A stretch of 63,953 bases of DNA, filler included, from an uncultured bacterium (GCA_964637655.1; 12 parts of 12 records of this genome joined end to end with filler, not necessarily neighbours in it); one strand, 5' to 3'; shown: positions 47,293 to 58,907, numbered from the whole stretch's first letter. Notes: generated from the letters alone by a model not told the origin. A program made the numbers and translations.

Positions 47293-48751
47293 TCAGTCGC
47301 GCCCGGCCGTCGACCGCAACCAGCGTCCGGCCTCGCCGGCATGGCTGAGCGCAAGCCGCAGGGTTGCGACGGGGCAACGCCCGCCCGCGACCCGCAGCGC
47401 CAGCATTGGCCGCAGCAGCCAGCCGGCGGCGAACACCACCCGCAATAGCATCCTGCCGGCCACTCGCCCACGCCCGCGCCAAAGTCGCGCCGCCCAGCCA
47501 CGGGGCAACAACGCCGACAGCAGCAAGGCGCGGTTGCGGTCTGTGATGGCCACCCGATGATAGTTTGCGTAGTCAAGCAGGCGGTGCGGCAGCGGCGGCG
47601 AAACCACCGCCAGGTGCCGCAGCAGCGGCGTGCCCGGATAGGCCTTGAGCGAATAGGGAAAGACCGCGTACGGGCGTGGTACCCGGTCGAGCACGGCGAG
47701 AGTCGTCGCCACATCGTCCTCATCCTCCCAGGGGTTGTCGAGGATGATGTGGAGTACCAGTCCGATACCATGTTCATGCAGTAGTCGGCAGGCGGCGATG
47801 AACCGGTCGGATGAAAACGCCCGCCCGTACAGTCGGTTGCTGCGCACACTACCCGACTGCAGTCCCAGCGAGACGTAGCGCAGCGGAATGCCGCGCCACA
47901 GCATGCAAACCTCGGGGTTCACGCTCTCCGGGAATGCCGCCACGTTGAGTTCACGCCCGACTTGCGCACGATAACCGTCCGCAAACTGTCGCAACCAGTC
48001 GCGTCCGTGGGCGAAGAAGTCGTCATCGAGCAGGGAAATGCGGAGCAGGCGCGGATTATCTCGCACCGCCTGTCGCAGCTCTTCCACCACCCGCTCCGGT
48101 GACGGCCGGCGCACGCGGTGCCAGCCGTCGTCGAGTTTTCGGAAACAGGCGTGCCCGCAGTAGGTGCATGCCTGCGGGCAGCCGCGGGCGAAAGCCCGCT
48201 GGTAGCGGTAGCGTTCATGGGGGTACAGCGAATAGTAGGTCTCGGCCGAGACAGGCCGCAGCCCCGTCGCCGTCACCAGGTAATGGTCGGCGGTGAACAA
48301 CCGCAGCGGCGGCAGTCGGTCAAGATCGTCGCATAATGCTGCCCGCTCCGTGTGCCTGACTGCTGTTCCCTGTCGGTACACCAGATTCGGTGCGGTACGC
48401 CATTCCTCCGCCGCCGCGAGGCGGGCGGAAACCGCAAGTACAGTTTCCTCGCCCTCGCCAGTGCACACGGCGTCGCAGAAATCAAGACATGTTTCCGGGG
48501 CCATTGATGGATGTGCACCGCCGGCGAGCACCGGCAATCGGGGAAACCGGCGACGCAGTTCGCCAGCCAGCGCCCGCACCGTAGGCAGGGAGTGCGTGGC
48601 GAAGCTCAAGCCGCACCAAACCGGCGGTTCGCGATCAAAATCGGCAAACAGCGCCGTCCGCGCGGCCGGGGTGTCGCGCAGGAAGAACAGCAGGCGCGCG
48701 CGATAACCGGCCCGCACCAGCACCTCGTAGAGGACGACCGTCCCCCGGTTG
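47293..48751 (-). CDS. B12-binding radical SAM protein (5' truncated)
   Basis: GGAHPS, GEGE, RGCPQACTYC, DDDF and GLQSGS motifs. Confidence 0.9.
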
Positions 48752-48851
48752 NNNNNNNNNNNNNNNNNNNNNNNNNNNNNNNNNNNNNNNNNNNNTTAAT
48801 TAATTAANNNNNNNNNNNNNNNNNNNNNNNNNNNNNNNNNNNNNNNNNNNN

Positions 48852-49074
48852 GTACGCGGCGGGCGAGGCGCCCATCGCGGGGGTGAGCAGCGACCTGATC
48901 GAAACGGAACTGCGCGCCGCCGGCGTGGCGGTGACGCGCGCGGACAAGCAGACGGTGGCGGATGAACTGGCGGTGCAGGCGGCGGACGGCACGCTGGTGC
49001 TGACGCTGGGCGCCGGCGACGTCTACAAGTGCGGGGAGCGACTGGTGGACAAACTGAGGCAGGCGACGCGATGA
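48852..49074 (+). CDS. murC: UDP-N-acetylmuramate--L-alanine ligase, C-terminus (5' truncated)
   Basis: YAAGEAPIAGVSS...LVLTLGAGDV; dcw cluster context. Confidence 0.85.
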
Positions 49075-50000
49075 CGGACCTCAAGCAGCGGCCGGTGGCG
49101 GTGCTGTACGGCGGCCTGTCGGCGGAACGGCCGGTATCGCTGCGCACGGGCGCGGCCATCATCGAGGCGCTGCGCGCTGACGGCTACACGCAGGTGGTGC
49201 CCATCGATGTCGACCGCACGGTGACGGACAAGCTGCAGGCGGCGCGGCCGGCGGTGGCGCTGCTGGCGCTGCACGGGCGCATGGGCGAGGACGGCACCAT
49301 CCAGGGCGTGCTCGAGTATCTCGCCATTCCCTACACGGGGTCGGGCGTGCTCGCTTCGGCGCTGGCGCTTGACAAGGTGCGCAGCAAGCAGGTGTTCATG
49401 GCCGCCGGGGTGCCCACCCCGCCGTGGCAGGTGGCGGAGCGCGGGCAGCCGGCACCGGCGGTGACGGCTTTTCCCGTGGTGGTCAAGCCGGCGCTGGAAG
49501 GGTCGAGCATCGGCATGTCGCTGGTGCATGACGCGGCGGCGCTGCCGGCGGCGCTGGAACGCGCCTTCGCCTGCGACCGCGTCGCGCTCATCGAACCGCT
49601 GGTGCGCGGCCGCGAGATCACGGTGAGCATCATCGGCACCACGCGGCTGCAGGTGCTGCCCGCGGTGGAAATCGTGCCCGGCAATGAGTTCTTCGATTAC
49701 GAGGCAAAGTACACGAAGGGGAAAACGGAGTATCTGGTGCCGGCACGGCTGACCGACGCGGAGCGGCAGGCGGCGGACGCGGCAGCGGTGGCGGCGTACC
49801 GCGCGCTCGGCTGTCGCGGCCTCGGGCGGGTCGATATCATCATGCAGGCTGACGGCAGCCCGACGGTGCTCGAAGTCAACACGCTGCCGGGGATGACCGC
49901 GACGAGTTTGCTTCCGAAGGCGGCGGCGGCGGCGGGGATCGGCTTTGCCGCCCTGCTGACCACCCTGCTGGAACTGGCCCTGACGGGCAATGAGGGATAG
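49071..50000 (+). CDS. ddl: D-alanine--D-alanine ligase
   Basis: GGLSAERPVSL, LHGRMGEDGTIQG, EGSSIG, FDYEAKY and LEVNTLPGMT motifs. Confidence 0.96.
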   Translation: MTDLKQRPVAVLYGGLSAERPVSLRTGAAIIEALRADGYTQVVPIDVDRTVTDKLQAARPAVALLALHGRMGEDGTIQGVLEYLAIPYTGSGVLASALALDKVRSKQVFMAAGVPTPPWQVAERGQPAPAVTAFPVVVKPALEGSSIGMSLVHDAAALPAALERAFACDRVALIEPLVRGREITVSIIGTTRLQVLPAVEIVPGNEFFDYEAKYTKGKTEYLVPARLTDAERQAADAAAVAAYRALGCRGLGRVDIIMQADGSPTVLEVNTLPGMTATSLLPKAAAAAGIGFAALLTTLLELALTGNEG

Positions 50001-50003
50001 GCG

Positions 50004-50981
50004 ATGAAAGTATTCAGCGGATTTACCCGCGGGAAGAAAAAGCGGGCGTCGGGCAACCGGCGCACCGGCCCGGGGCGTACTCTGGCGTCGCGGGTGGCGG
50101 CAAAACCGGCGCGCAGCGGCGGCGGCGTACGGCGCAAAACGCGCTCCGCCCCGCGCGGCAAAGGCGTGCTGCGGACGCTGGCCGGGGCGCTGGGCGGCGG
50201 CGGCCGGCACGAGGGGTTTTTCGCGCTGGTGACGGGGGTGGCGCTGCTCGCGCTGCTGCTCGGGCTGGGGGTGGCGGGCGCGGAACTGCGCGCCTTCTGC
50301 CGCGACACCGACTACTGGCAGGTGCGGGAAGTGACGGTACACGGCACGCAGCGCCTGCCGGAAACGCAGGTGCGTGACACCTACGACGCCTACGTGCAGC
50401 AGGCCGGGCTGGGCACGGCCCCGAACGTGTTCGACCTCGACCTGGCCGCGCTGCGGCAGTACCTGCTGGCGCAGCTGACCGGACTGGCGGAGGTGCGGGT
50501 TACGCGACAGCTCCCCGGCCGGCTGACCATCGCGGTGACGGAGCGGGTGCCGGTGGCGCTGGTGCGGCTGGACGGGCAGGTGGCGTACCAGCTCGACGCG
50601 ACGGGGACGGTCTTCCCGCTGGCGCGGCCTGATGACTGCCGCTACCCGGTGCTGACCGGCATTGACGCGGGGCAACTGGTGCTCGGGCAGCCGAGCGACC
50701 TGCCGCAGGTGCGCGCGGCGCTGGCGCTGCTGGCGGCGCTCGACCCGTCGTGGGGGACGCGGCTCGCCGAGATCAACGCGGCTGACCCGCACAACCTCGT
50801 GGCCTACGTCGACGGGCACAAGCTGCTGCTCGGCGAGGGGGGATACCGCGAGAAGTTCACGGCGCTCGAAGGCCTGCTGCCGCAGCTGCAGGGGCGGCGG
50901 GTGGAATATATCAATCTGCGCAGCGCGTTGCGCCCGGCGGTCAAGCCGCTGGGAGCGGGCGCGGCGACAGCAACACACTGA
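50004..50981 (+). CDS. ftsQ: cell division protein FtsQ/DivIB
   Basis: Basic N-terminus, one TM, POTRA V.R.LPG.L.I.V.ER.PVA, YINLR; lies between ddl and ftsA. Confidence 0.85.
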   Translation: MKVFSGFTRGKKKRASGNRRTGPGRTLASRVAAKPARSGGGVRRKTRSAPRGKGVLRTLAGALGGGGRHEGFFALVTGVALLALLLGLGVAGAELRAFCRDTDYWQVREVTVHGTQRLPETQVRDTYDAYVQQAGLGTAPNVFDLDLAALRQYLLAQLTGLAEVRVTRQLPGRLTIAVTERVPVALVRLDGQVAYQLDATGTVFPLARPDDCRYPVLTGIDAGQLVLGQPSDLPQVRAALALLAALDPSWGTRLAEINAADPHNLVAYVDGHKLLLGEGGYREKFTALEGLLPQLQGRRVEYINLRSALRPAVKPLGAGAATATH

Positions 50982-51018
50982 ACCCGCGTGCAGCGGGAGA
51001 CAAGGGGGGTGAGAACGG

Positions 51019-52266
51019 GTGAGTGAACAGATAGTAGTGGGTCTGGATATCGGCAGCAGCAAGGTCTGCGCCCTGTGCGGGATGAAACGCGAGGACGGGC
51101 AGATCGAAATCATCGGCATCGGTCAGTCGGACTCGAACGGGTTGCGCAAGGGCGTGGTGGTGAACATCGAGGCGACGGCGAAGTCGATCGAGAAAGCCAT
51201 CGACGAGATGGCGACGATGGCCGGGGTCGAGGTGGACTCGGTCTATGCGGGCATCGCCGGCGGCCACATCAAGGGGATGAACAGCAAGGGCGTGGTCGCC
51301 ATCTCGAACCCGACGCGCGAGATCGCCAAGGCCGATGTGCAGCGGGTGATCGACGCGGCGAAGGCGGTGGCCATTCCGCTCGACCGCGAGGTGATTCACG
51401 TCATCACGCAGGAGTACAAGATCGACGGGCAGGACGGGATCAAGGATCCGGTCGGCATGTCGGGGGTGCGGCTCGAGGCGGAGGTGCACATCGTCACGGG
51501 CGCGGTAACCTCGGTCAAGAACATCATCCAGTCGGTGCAGAAGGCGAACTACGAGGTGGACGATTTCGTGCTGGCGCCGCTGGCCTCGGCCTACGCCACG
51601 CTCAATAACGACGAGCGGGAACTGGGCGTGGTGCTGGTGGACATCGGCGGCGGAACGACGGATATCGCCGTGTTCGTCGACGGCAGCATCTGGCATACCG
51701 AGGTGCTGGCCATCGGCGGGGAGCACATCACGCGCGACCTGTCGATGGGGCTGCGCACGACCAAGGATGCGGCCGAGGAGTTGAAGTGCACGCAGGGATG
51801 CGCCCTGGCCCGGCTGGTGCCGGACGAGGCGCTGATCGAGGTGCCGAGCGTCGGCGGACGGCAGTCGCGCCCGCTGAAAAAACTCGACATGGTTAACATC
51901 ATCCAGCCGCGCGTCGAGGAGATCTTCCAGCTGATCAACCGCGAAATCAAGCGGAGCGGCTACGAGGACCTCGTCGCGGCAGGGGTGGTGCTGACCGGCG
52001 GCAGCGCGGCGCTGCCCGGCATGGTGGAACTCGGGGAGGAGATCCTCGACCTGCCGGTGCGGGTGGGCATGCCGCAGGGAGTGAGCGAACTGACCGACGT
52101 GGTGAGCAACCCGAAGTACGCGACGGCGGTCGGGCTGGTGCTGTACGGGTTCGAGAAGGAGGCGGGACAGAGCGGTGAGGAGAAGCCGCAGCGGTTCGCC
52201 GCGGGCGACAACCTGTTCCGCGCGGTGATGAAGCGCATGACGGGCTGGTACGACGAGTTTTTCTGA
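51019..52266 (+). CDS. ftsA: cell division protein FtsA
   Basis: GLDIGSSKV, PVGMSGVRLE, DIGGGTTD and GVVLTGG motifs. Confidence 0.97.
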   Translation: MSEQIVVGLDIGSSKVCALCGMKREDGQIEIIGIGQSDSNGLRKGVVVNIEATAKSIEKAIDEMATMAGVEVDSVYAGIAGGHIKGMNSKGVVAISNPTREIAKADVQRVIDAAKAVAIPLDREVIHVITQEYKIDGQDGIKDPVGMSGVRLEAEVHIVTGAVTSVKNIIQSVQKANYEVDDFVLAPLASAYATLNNDERELGVVLVDIGGGTTDIAVFVDGSIWHTEVLAIGGEHITRDLSMGLRTTKDAAEELKCTQGCALARLVPDEALIEVPSVGGRQSRPLKKLDMVNIIQPRVEEIFQLINREIKRSGYEDLVAAGVVLTGGSAALPGMVELGEEILDLPVRVGMPQGVSELTDVVSNPKYATAVGLVLYGFEKEAGQSGEEKPQRFAAGDNLFRAVMKRMTGWYDEFF

Positions 52267-52308
52267 GCACACTAACGGCGGCCGCGGGCCGTCACGGGAG
52301 GGGATGCA

Positions 52309-53571
52309 GTGGACATGATCGAATTTGCCGAACAGGAAGTGAGCACGCCGACGCGCATCCGCGTTATCGGCGTGGGCGGGGGCGGCAGCAACGCCGTCAA
52401 CCGGATGATCGAGGCCGGCGTGGCCGGGGTGGAGTTTCACATCGTCAACACGGACGTGCAGGCACTGAAGAAGTCGGCCTGCACCTCGCGCCTGCAGATC
52501 GGGGCCCGGCTGACGCGCGGCATGGGCGTCGGCTCGATTCCCGAGCAGGGGCAGCGGGCTGCCAACGAGGACCGCGAGCAGCTGCGCGCGCTCGTCGAGG
52601 GGGCGGACATGGTCTTCCTCACCGCGGGCATGGGCGGCGGGACGGGGACGGGTGCCGTCCCGGTGCTGGCGGAACTGGCGAAGGAAGCGGGGGTGCTGAC
52701 GGTGGCAGTGGTGACGCGCCCGTTCGACTTCGAGGGGAAGCGGCGCAACGCGCAGGCGGATGAGGGACTGCAGGAACTGCGCAAGCACGTCGACACGCTG
52801 ATCGTCATTCCCAACGACCGGCTGCTGACCATCGCCGACGCGACGATGCCGATCATCGAGGCGTTCCGCAAGGCGGATGATGTGCTGCGCAAGGGCGTGC
52901 AGGGGATCAGCGGGCTGATCGTCGAGGAGGGGATCATCAACCTCGATTTCGCCGACATCCGCACGATCATGCGCGAAACGGGCGACGCGCTGATGGGTAT
53001 CGGCGTGGCGTCAGGCGAAAACCGCGCCATCCGCGCGGTCGAGGCGGCGATGAACAGCGAACTGCTCGAAGGGCAGAGTCTGCAGGGGGCGCGCGGCATC
53101 CTGCTGGCGTTCGCCGGCGGTCCGTCGCTGGCCGCGCACGAGGTGCAGCAGGCGGCGCAGATGGTCAAGCAGTACTGCGTCGAGGATGACCACACCATCA
53201 TGGGGCTGCGCATCGACGAGTCGCTCGGTGAGAGTGTCATGGTGACCCTGGTGGCGACCGGCATGCCGGCGCTGGCAGCGGCGAAGGCGGTGCCGGCGGC
53301 ACCGGTGCAGATGGCGGCCGCGGCGCAACCGGTGGCGGTACCGGTCACGCTGCCGCGTACGGAACGGCGGCAGGGGACGGTGGCGTTCAGCGAGTACCGC
53401 AAGGACCTTGAGGGTGATCTGCGGCGTCCGACGTTCCGGCGGCAGCAGCAGGCGCAGGCCCAGGCAACCGCGGCGCAGGTGGCCCCGGAAGCACAGCAGG
53501 AGTTCGAGGAGGACCTGAACATCCCGACGTTCATCCGCCGGCAGAACAAGCAGCAGCCGCAGGGGCAGTAG
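52309..53571 (+). CDS. ftsZ: cell division protein FtsZ
   Basis: [29 protein letters not shown] and C-terminal LNIPTFIRR. Confidence 0.98.
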   Translation: MDMIEFAEQEVSTPTRIRVIGVGGGGSNAVNRMIEAGVAGVEFHIVNTDVQALKKSACTSRLQIGARLTRGMGVGSIPEQGQRAANEDREQLRALVEGADMVFLTAGMGGGTGTGAVPVLAELAKEAGVLTVAVVTRPFDFEGKRRNAQADEGLQELRKHVDTLIVIPNDRLLTIADATMPIIEAFRKADDVLRKGVQGISGLIVEEGIINLDFADIRTIMRETGDALMGIGVASGENRAIRAVEAAMNSELLEGQSLQGARGILLAFAGGPSLAAHEVQQAAQMVKQYCVEDDHTIMGLRIDESLGESVMVTLVATGMPALAAAKAVPAAPVQMAAAAQPVAVPVTLPRTERRQGTVAFSEYRKDLEGDLRRPTFRRQQQAQAQATAAQVAPEAQQEFEEDLNIPTFIRRQNKQQPQGQ

Positions 53572-53574
53572 ACC

Positions 53575-54077
53575 GTGCGGGCGGTGGAACTGATCCGGCG
53601 CGAACTGCGCGCCGACGCGGCGGCGCTGACGGCGCTGGCGCGGCCGGCGGCGGCGGGGAAAACGGCGGCGGCGGCCGCGGCGGTGGCGGAGTGCTACCGT
53701 CGCGGGGGGAAACTGCTGGCATTCGGCAACGGCGGCAGCGCGGCGGATGCGCAGCATCTCGTGGCGGAACTGGTCGTGCGGCTGCGGCGTGACCGGCCGG
53801 CGCTGCCGGCGCTGGCGCTGACGGTCAACACCTCGCTGCTCACCGCGGCAGCCAATGACTTCGGCTACGACAGCGTCTTTGTCCGCCAGGTCGAGGCACA
53901 CACCGCCGCGGGCGACATCGTCGTGGCGATCAGCACGAGCGGTACCTCGACCGGGGTGGTGAAGGCGGCGGCGACGGCACGGCAGCGCGGCGCCGTCGTC
54001 ATCGGCCTGACCGGGCGCAGCGGCGGGACGCTGCGCCGGCACTGCGACCACTGGCTGGGCGTGCCGGTGGCGGGGAC
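53575..54077 (+). CDS. gmhA: phosphoheptose isomerase (SIS domain; 3' truncated)
   Basis: GNGGSAADAQHLVAEL, ND.GYD.VF.RQV and ISTSG motifs. Confidence 0.88.
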
Positions 54078-54178
54078 NNNNNNNNNNNNNNNNNNNNNNN
54101 NNNNNNNNNNNNNNNNNNNNNTTAATTAATTAANNNNNNNNNNNNNNNNNNNNNNNNNNNNNNNNNNNNNNNNNNNNG

Positions 54179-56494
54179 ACAACCTACCCGCTGCGCGGCA
54201 CCCACGTGAACGTCCTCGAACGCCGGAAAGTGGTGCTCACCAACGAGGATCCCGCCACGCACCGCACGCGGATCGTCAGCGCCTCGCTCGACGCCCGCGG
54301 CGAGTCCGTCCTGACCAGCGCCGAGAATCTTGGTATCGAGGTGCGCGGACCACGCCCGGAGTTCAAGGTAGAAGGCGCAGGCTACGGGCAGACTGACACG
54401 GACGCCGGACCCTATGATGGACGATATGCTCCAGTGGGCACGTACAACGGCGAGGCGATGTACTCCAACGGCTACGGCTACATCTACTGCACCAACCCGT
54501 CCGGGCCTGATTGGGGCATCGGGCCGGGGCCTCCGACCGACCCGTACTATGAGCAGACAATGGGCGGGCCGGGCGGCAGCTATCTCGTCAACACAACCAG
54601 CTACAACGACGACATAATCGACGCGGTGACAGGGCGAAGGCAGTTCAGCGGGCTGCTCGGTTATGGCATCGGTCCTGCCGTCACCGCCGACACCGGCGAG
54701 GCTATCAGCGTAGACAGCGACCTCGCGACGCCGGGCTTCAACCACGACGGGACATTCATCTTCGACGCTTGGCCGCTGAGTGCCACGAGCCGCGACGGCG
54801 GGCAGTACATGACGGACGTGTGCCGCTTCGAGGTGGACGCCAACATCGGCATCTACGCCGACGCGCACACGCACGAGGACTGGGTAGGCACGAACTGCGG
54901 CACGCCTACAGCGGGCGGCGAGTTCACTGTCGGAGCGGGCGGTGGTTCGCTGGCCCTCGCTCTAGCCTGCAACTACCCTGCGCGGCAGGCGGCCGTGGGA
55001 GATGTTGACGCGATACCAGTGCCGACAGCATACCTCACTCGCAGGCACGATATCCTGTTCGGCACCGGCAACCCTGTCGAGGCACGCGAGGCTGTCTGGG
55101 ACTGGCGCGGCAGGTACCTCACGCAGTCATTCAAGGACCTGTCTCTGCCCTGTGACTTGACCTGCCGCATCGTCTACTATGACGACCTCGACGGCTGCTC
55201 CGACAATCACAAGTCGGATAGCACCCGGCAGACCGAGTACTCCTACAGCGCGGGTGACGCCTACACGCTGGAGCGCACCATCACCATCAGCTATGCAGAC
55301 GGCAGCGGCTGGTCGCCAGTGCTCATCGACCTGTATGACGAGCAGAACGGGCACCCGCTGGCCCGCGTGGAAAGCATCGAGTGGGAGTTCCCGGACGCTG
55401 GCACCTACACCATGACCGAGCCGACGCTGATTGTGGACAATGGCGACAGGCAGGAGGTTGCATCGGGCACACCGGGCTATCGCGAGGCACCGACGAACAA
55501 CGGTGCGCAGGTGAAGGTGGACGAAAGCTGGCGGTACGCGCAGGGCGTTGTATCGGCACACGTCAACGGCTATTGCGACGCGGTGATGTGCGCGCCGGAC
55601 CGCGCCAAGGCAACGCTCATCGAGCGGTGCATGGACACGCTGGCAGTACTCATCGGCGCAAAGACCGGACAGGATATGACCACCTGCTATAGCCTCGGCG
55701 CTTGGCCGGTTGCCAATGCAGGCGAGGCCTGGGACTTCATCCACAGCAGCGGCAACGAAGCGATGCACATGAAAGACAGTGACGATGCGGTGCTGAAGAC
55801 GTTAGCTGTTTCCGACATCTGCCCGGTAGTGGCAGAGGGCGAGACCGGCAGCAGCGGCATACTACTGGACGTGGCGGTGCGCTGCTACAGCGTTACCTGT
55901 GTGCGCGGTCTACACTACGCATTCGCAGGCACAAAGTACGTCGGCGGGCGCGGGCACGGCATGGTCGTGCGCAACGGCAGGCAGGACTACCCGCGCGCGC
56001 GCGGCGGCAAGGGCGGTGGGCTGTACCGCAGGCACCTGGGCAGCAGCGACCCGTGGCAGGGCGTAGAGGCGGCGCTCACAGGCGATGAGCACGGGCACTG
56101 GAGCAGCGCGGCGTGGGAGATTGCCGACACGGACGCGGCGCGCACGCTCTGGGAGTACGCGGCAGGCGGCGTGCTCATGGGCCGGTGGGCCACGCGCGAG
56201 TTCGCCCTGGCGCAGATATTCGAGCTGCTGCGCAAGCAGCCGGACCTCGCGGAGGACAAGTTCGGCAGGCCGGTCGTGGTGTACGTCCACGATGGCGACG
56301 TGTGGTGCTCGAGGATCGAGACGCTGGCGGGCATGCCGGAGGTGCCGGTGATGGTGGTGGACGCCGACGACGCGATACACCCGGCGGTGGAACTCATGGA
56401 TGACGGCCTGCTGGTAGTGACGTGGACGGACGGCGGCGCGGCCTACATGCGGCACAGCACTGACGGCGGGCAGACGTGGGTGGATGTGGTATAA
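54179..56494 (+). CDS. large hypothetical, probable phage virion/tail protein (5' truncated)
   Basis: Gly/Thr/Tyr/Asp-rich beta-type composition; BNR-like HSTDGGQTW at the C-terminus; tight overlap with the next gene. Confidence 0.55.
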   Translation, partial: TTYPLRGTHVNVLERRKVVLTNEDPATHRTRIVSASLDARGESVLTSAENLGIEVRGPRPEFKVEGAGYGQTDTDAGPYDGRYAPVGTYNGEAMYSNGYGYIYCTNPSGPDWGIGPGPPTDPYYEQTMGGPGGSYLVNTTSYNDDIIDAVTGRRQFSGLLGYGIGPAVTADTGEAISVDSDLATPGFNHDGTFIFDAWPLSATSRDGGQYMTDVCRFEVDANIGIYADAHTHEDWVGTNCGTPTAGGEFTVGAGGGSLALALACNYPARQAAVGDVDAIPVPTAYLTRRHDILFGTGNPVEAREAVWDWRGRYLTQSFKDLSLPCDLTCRIVYYDDLDGCSDNHKSDSTRQTEYSYSAGDAYTLERTITISYADGSGWSPVLIDLYDEQNGHPLARVESIEWEFPDAGTYTMTEPTLIVDNGDRQEVASGTPGYREAPTNNGAQVKVDESWRYAQGVVSAHVNGYCDAVMCAPDRAKATLIERCMDTLAVLIGAKTGQDMTTCYSLGAWPVANAGEAWDFIHSSGNEAMHMKDSDDAVLKTLAVSDICPVVAEGETGSSGILLDVAVRCYSVTCVRGLHYAFAGTKYVGGRGHGMVVRNGRQDYPRARGGKGGGLYRRHLGSSDPWQGVEAALTGDEHGHWSSAAWEIADTDAARTLWEYAAGGVLMGRWATREFALAQIFELLRKQPDLAEDKFGRPVVVYVHDGDVWCSRIETLAGMPEVPVMVVDADDAIHPAVELMDDGLLVVTWTDGGAAYMRHSTDGGQTWVDVV

Positions 56495-56793
56495 TGGCGG
56501 CAACGGACGGCCTGCAACTGGTAGCACTGCACGAGCGGCAGGGGCTGCTCGTGATTGCCGGCGAGAAGGACGGCGACTGCGTGTTCCGCTGGAGCGTTGA
56601 CGGCGGCGCGAACGCGCAGACCATACCGGGCACGGCGAGCATAGAAGTGGTCGTCACCGAGATGGATGAGGAGCAGCCCGCGATACTGCTGACACCGACG
56701 CACCAGGTACTGATAGCACTCACCAACGGCGGCGACCTGGAGCTGTGGGTTTCGCAGCGCGCCGGGTTCGCCGCATGGACGCAGATACTATGA
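56494..56793 (+). CDS. hypothetical protein, phage-like
   Basis: TAATG coupling upstream and ATGA coupling downstream; WSVDGG BNR-like motif. Confidence 0.6.
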   Translation: MAATDGLQLVALHERQGLLVIAGEKDGDCVFRWSVDGGANAQTIPGTASIEVVVTEMDEEQPAILLTPTHQVLIALTNGGDLELWVSQRAGFAAWTQIL

Positions 56794-58907
56794 GGTTCCC
56801 GCGCGCGACGGTGACGGTGGACGACCCGCGCAAGCTCGGGCGGCATACCTCCCTGGGGTATGCGGAGGACTTCCCCTGGGTGCCGCCGGAGGGCGGGTTC
56901 GCGCAGCTCTGGCAATTCGACGACTGCGAGTACATCCCGTCGCAGCAGGCGGTCGGGCCGCGCGGTACGGCGACGCGACCGGACATGGACCTGAGCGAGT
57001 GGACAGTAGCGGCGGGGTCGTGGACGGACAGGGCGCGGCTGGCGATGACGCCGCGCACGTTGTGGTTGTGGAACTACAACACGCTCGAGACCGCGGCGGC
57101 GGGCATCCGCAGTGATAACGACTACCCGGCGCAGGTGTGCGTGTGGGCATCGGTCGCGGCGGCGAACGAGAGCAGCACGGTTACGAGCAAGTACATTCAG
57201 ATTATCCTGGTGGGGACCGGCGGCACAGATCCGGCGTGGGGCATCGAGATACCGACAGGGCCGGACAGCTACAAGTTCCCGCGGCTGCTGTACTACGATG
57301 CGGGCGTCTACACGGTGACGCCACAGGTAGTGTCCGAGTACGACGAGTGGGCGGGCGGCGGCGAGGCAATGTCGAGCGCACGCGACTTCATGGTGTGGAT
57401 CGAGCCGACGGCGACGCAGTGGATTATCGGGCTCGCGGTCAACGGCAACTTCGGCACGCGGCCCTGGGTCTACCAGCCGCCGGGGTACACGCTGGCAGAC
57501 GCTCTGACTGACCCGTTGCAGGTTCCTGGACCGATACAGTTGCAGTCGAGCGGGCAGGCGGCGCTGTTCGCCGTTGCGCCCATCGTGTACCCTGCAGAGA
57601 GCACGGCGCGGACGCGGGCATATTACACGGTTGACGCGGCGCTGGGCGCGGCGGGGGACGCCTACTGCTCACCACTGATATGGCAGCCTGTCGGCACGAC
57701 GGTGACGCCCACCACACAGGTGAGCGGCACAGCCGTGCGCCCGGTGGTGACACTGGAGACCACTACCCCGTTCCACACGCGCCCGCTGGTGGGGGCTACG
57801 GCGCTGTGTATCGACGCCGTGATCGGCGACGTGACGACGAGCGCATGGAGCAGCGCGAGCCGCGCGAACAGTCTGCTGGGGGCTGTGACCTACACACGCC
57901 GCACAAGCTGGAAGGGCAACAGTGTACGAGCCACGGTGCACGACACCGAGGGCCTGGACTGGCGCGGGAACAACGTCGTGCAACTGCTCTGCGCATGGTA
58001 TGAGACGGGCAGCCCGGAGCCCGTGCAGGAGGTCCTGTTCACCGGCATGCTGGTGGCACCGGAGGGTGCAATGGCGACGGAGCTTGCCTACCGCAATATC
58101 GAGATCGAGGCATTGGACTGGGCCGAGACGCGCGGCAAGAAGATGCACATGGCGAACATGCGGGCGATGGGGGGACACGCATTCGCCGATATGTTCGGCG
58201 ACCTGGCGAACCGGGCCGGGTTCGCCAACACTGCCATCGACATCAACGCCGGGCACGGCAGCCACCAACTCAGCTACTCGAATATCATGGGGGAGCGCAC
58301 GTTCGTGTTCCGCGACGATGCGCTGATCGCGGAGGCGCTGGACGCAATCTGTGCCGACATCGGTTGGCGCTGGGGCATCAGGCCGAACGGCGACATATTC
58401 ACCGAGCCGTATCCCGCGTACAGTGCGCCTGCCGACTACGTGCTCGACGCTGACGTGCAGGATGACGATACCTGGTACGAGGACATTGTGGTCAGGCGCG
58501 ATATGGAGCACTATGCGAACGTGGTGTTCTCGTACTGTGGCGCGCACCCACGCTACCGGGGGAGTGGGCTGGCCTACTCATTCGAGGCGGTCAGCGACCC
58601 GGCATCGCGGTTCTTCATGGGCGGCGTGCTGAGCCACGTCATCCAGACTGACACATTCGCGACCGACGCTGTGGCGGCGGCGCTGGGGGGCCGCGAGCGT
58701 GATCGACGGCTGCCGGTGGCGCGGACCATCGAGTTCAGTTGCGCGCGGCAGGCGGCGCTGGCACCAGATGCGTTCGTGAGCGTGAGCAACGTTGACGGCG
58801 TAGACGACGAGACGATATTCATGGTGGTCGAGGAGCAGGGCACCATCGACCTGGACGGGCTCGACTGGACGCAGAAGATAGTCATGGTGGAGGTTGACAC
58901 CAGTTGA
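56790..58907 (+). CDS. probable phage tail/baseplate hub-like protein
   Basis: C-terminal LFTG...IEALD...EALDAIC..IGWRWGIRPNGDI...YANVV pattern typical of tail hub proteins. Confidence 0.55.
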   Translation: MRFPRATVTVDDPRKLGRHTSLGYAEDFPWVPPEGGFAQLWQFDDCEYIPSQQAVGPRGTATRPDMDLSEWTVAAGSWTDRARLAMTPRTLWLWNYNTLETAAAGIRSDNDYPAQVCVWASVAAANESSTVTSKYIQIILVGTGGTDPAWGIEIPTGPDSYKFPRLLYYDAGVYTVTPQVVSEYDEWAGGGEAMSSARDFMVWIEPTATQWIIGLAVNGNFGTRPWVYQPPGYTLADALTDPLQVPGPIQLQSSGQAALFAVAPIVYPAESTARTRAYYTVDAALGAAGDAYCSPLIWQPVGTTVTPTTQVSGTAVRPVVTLETTTPFHTRPLVGATALCIDAVIGDVTTSAWSSASRANSLLGAVTYTRRTSWKGNSVRATVHDTEGLDWRGNNVVQLLCAWYETGSPEPVQEVLFTGMLVAPEGAMATELAYRNIEIEALDWAETRGKKMHMANMRAMGGHAFADMFGDLANRAGFANTAIDINAGHGSHQLSYSNIMGERTFVFRDDALIAEALDAICADIGWRWGIRPNGDIFTEPYPAYSAPADYVLDADVQDDDTWYEDIVVRRDMEHYANVVFSYCGAHPRYRGSGLAYSFEAVSDPASRFFMGGVLSHVIQTDTFATDAVAAALGGRERDRRLPVARTIEFSCARQAALAPDAFVSVSNVDGVDDETIFMVVEEQGTIDLDGLDWTQKIVMVEVDTS

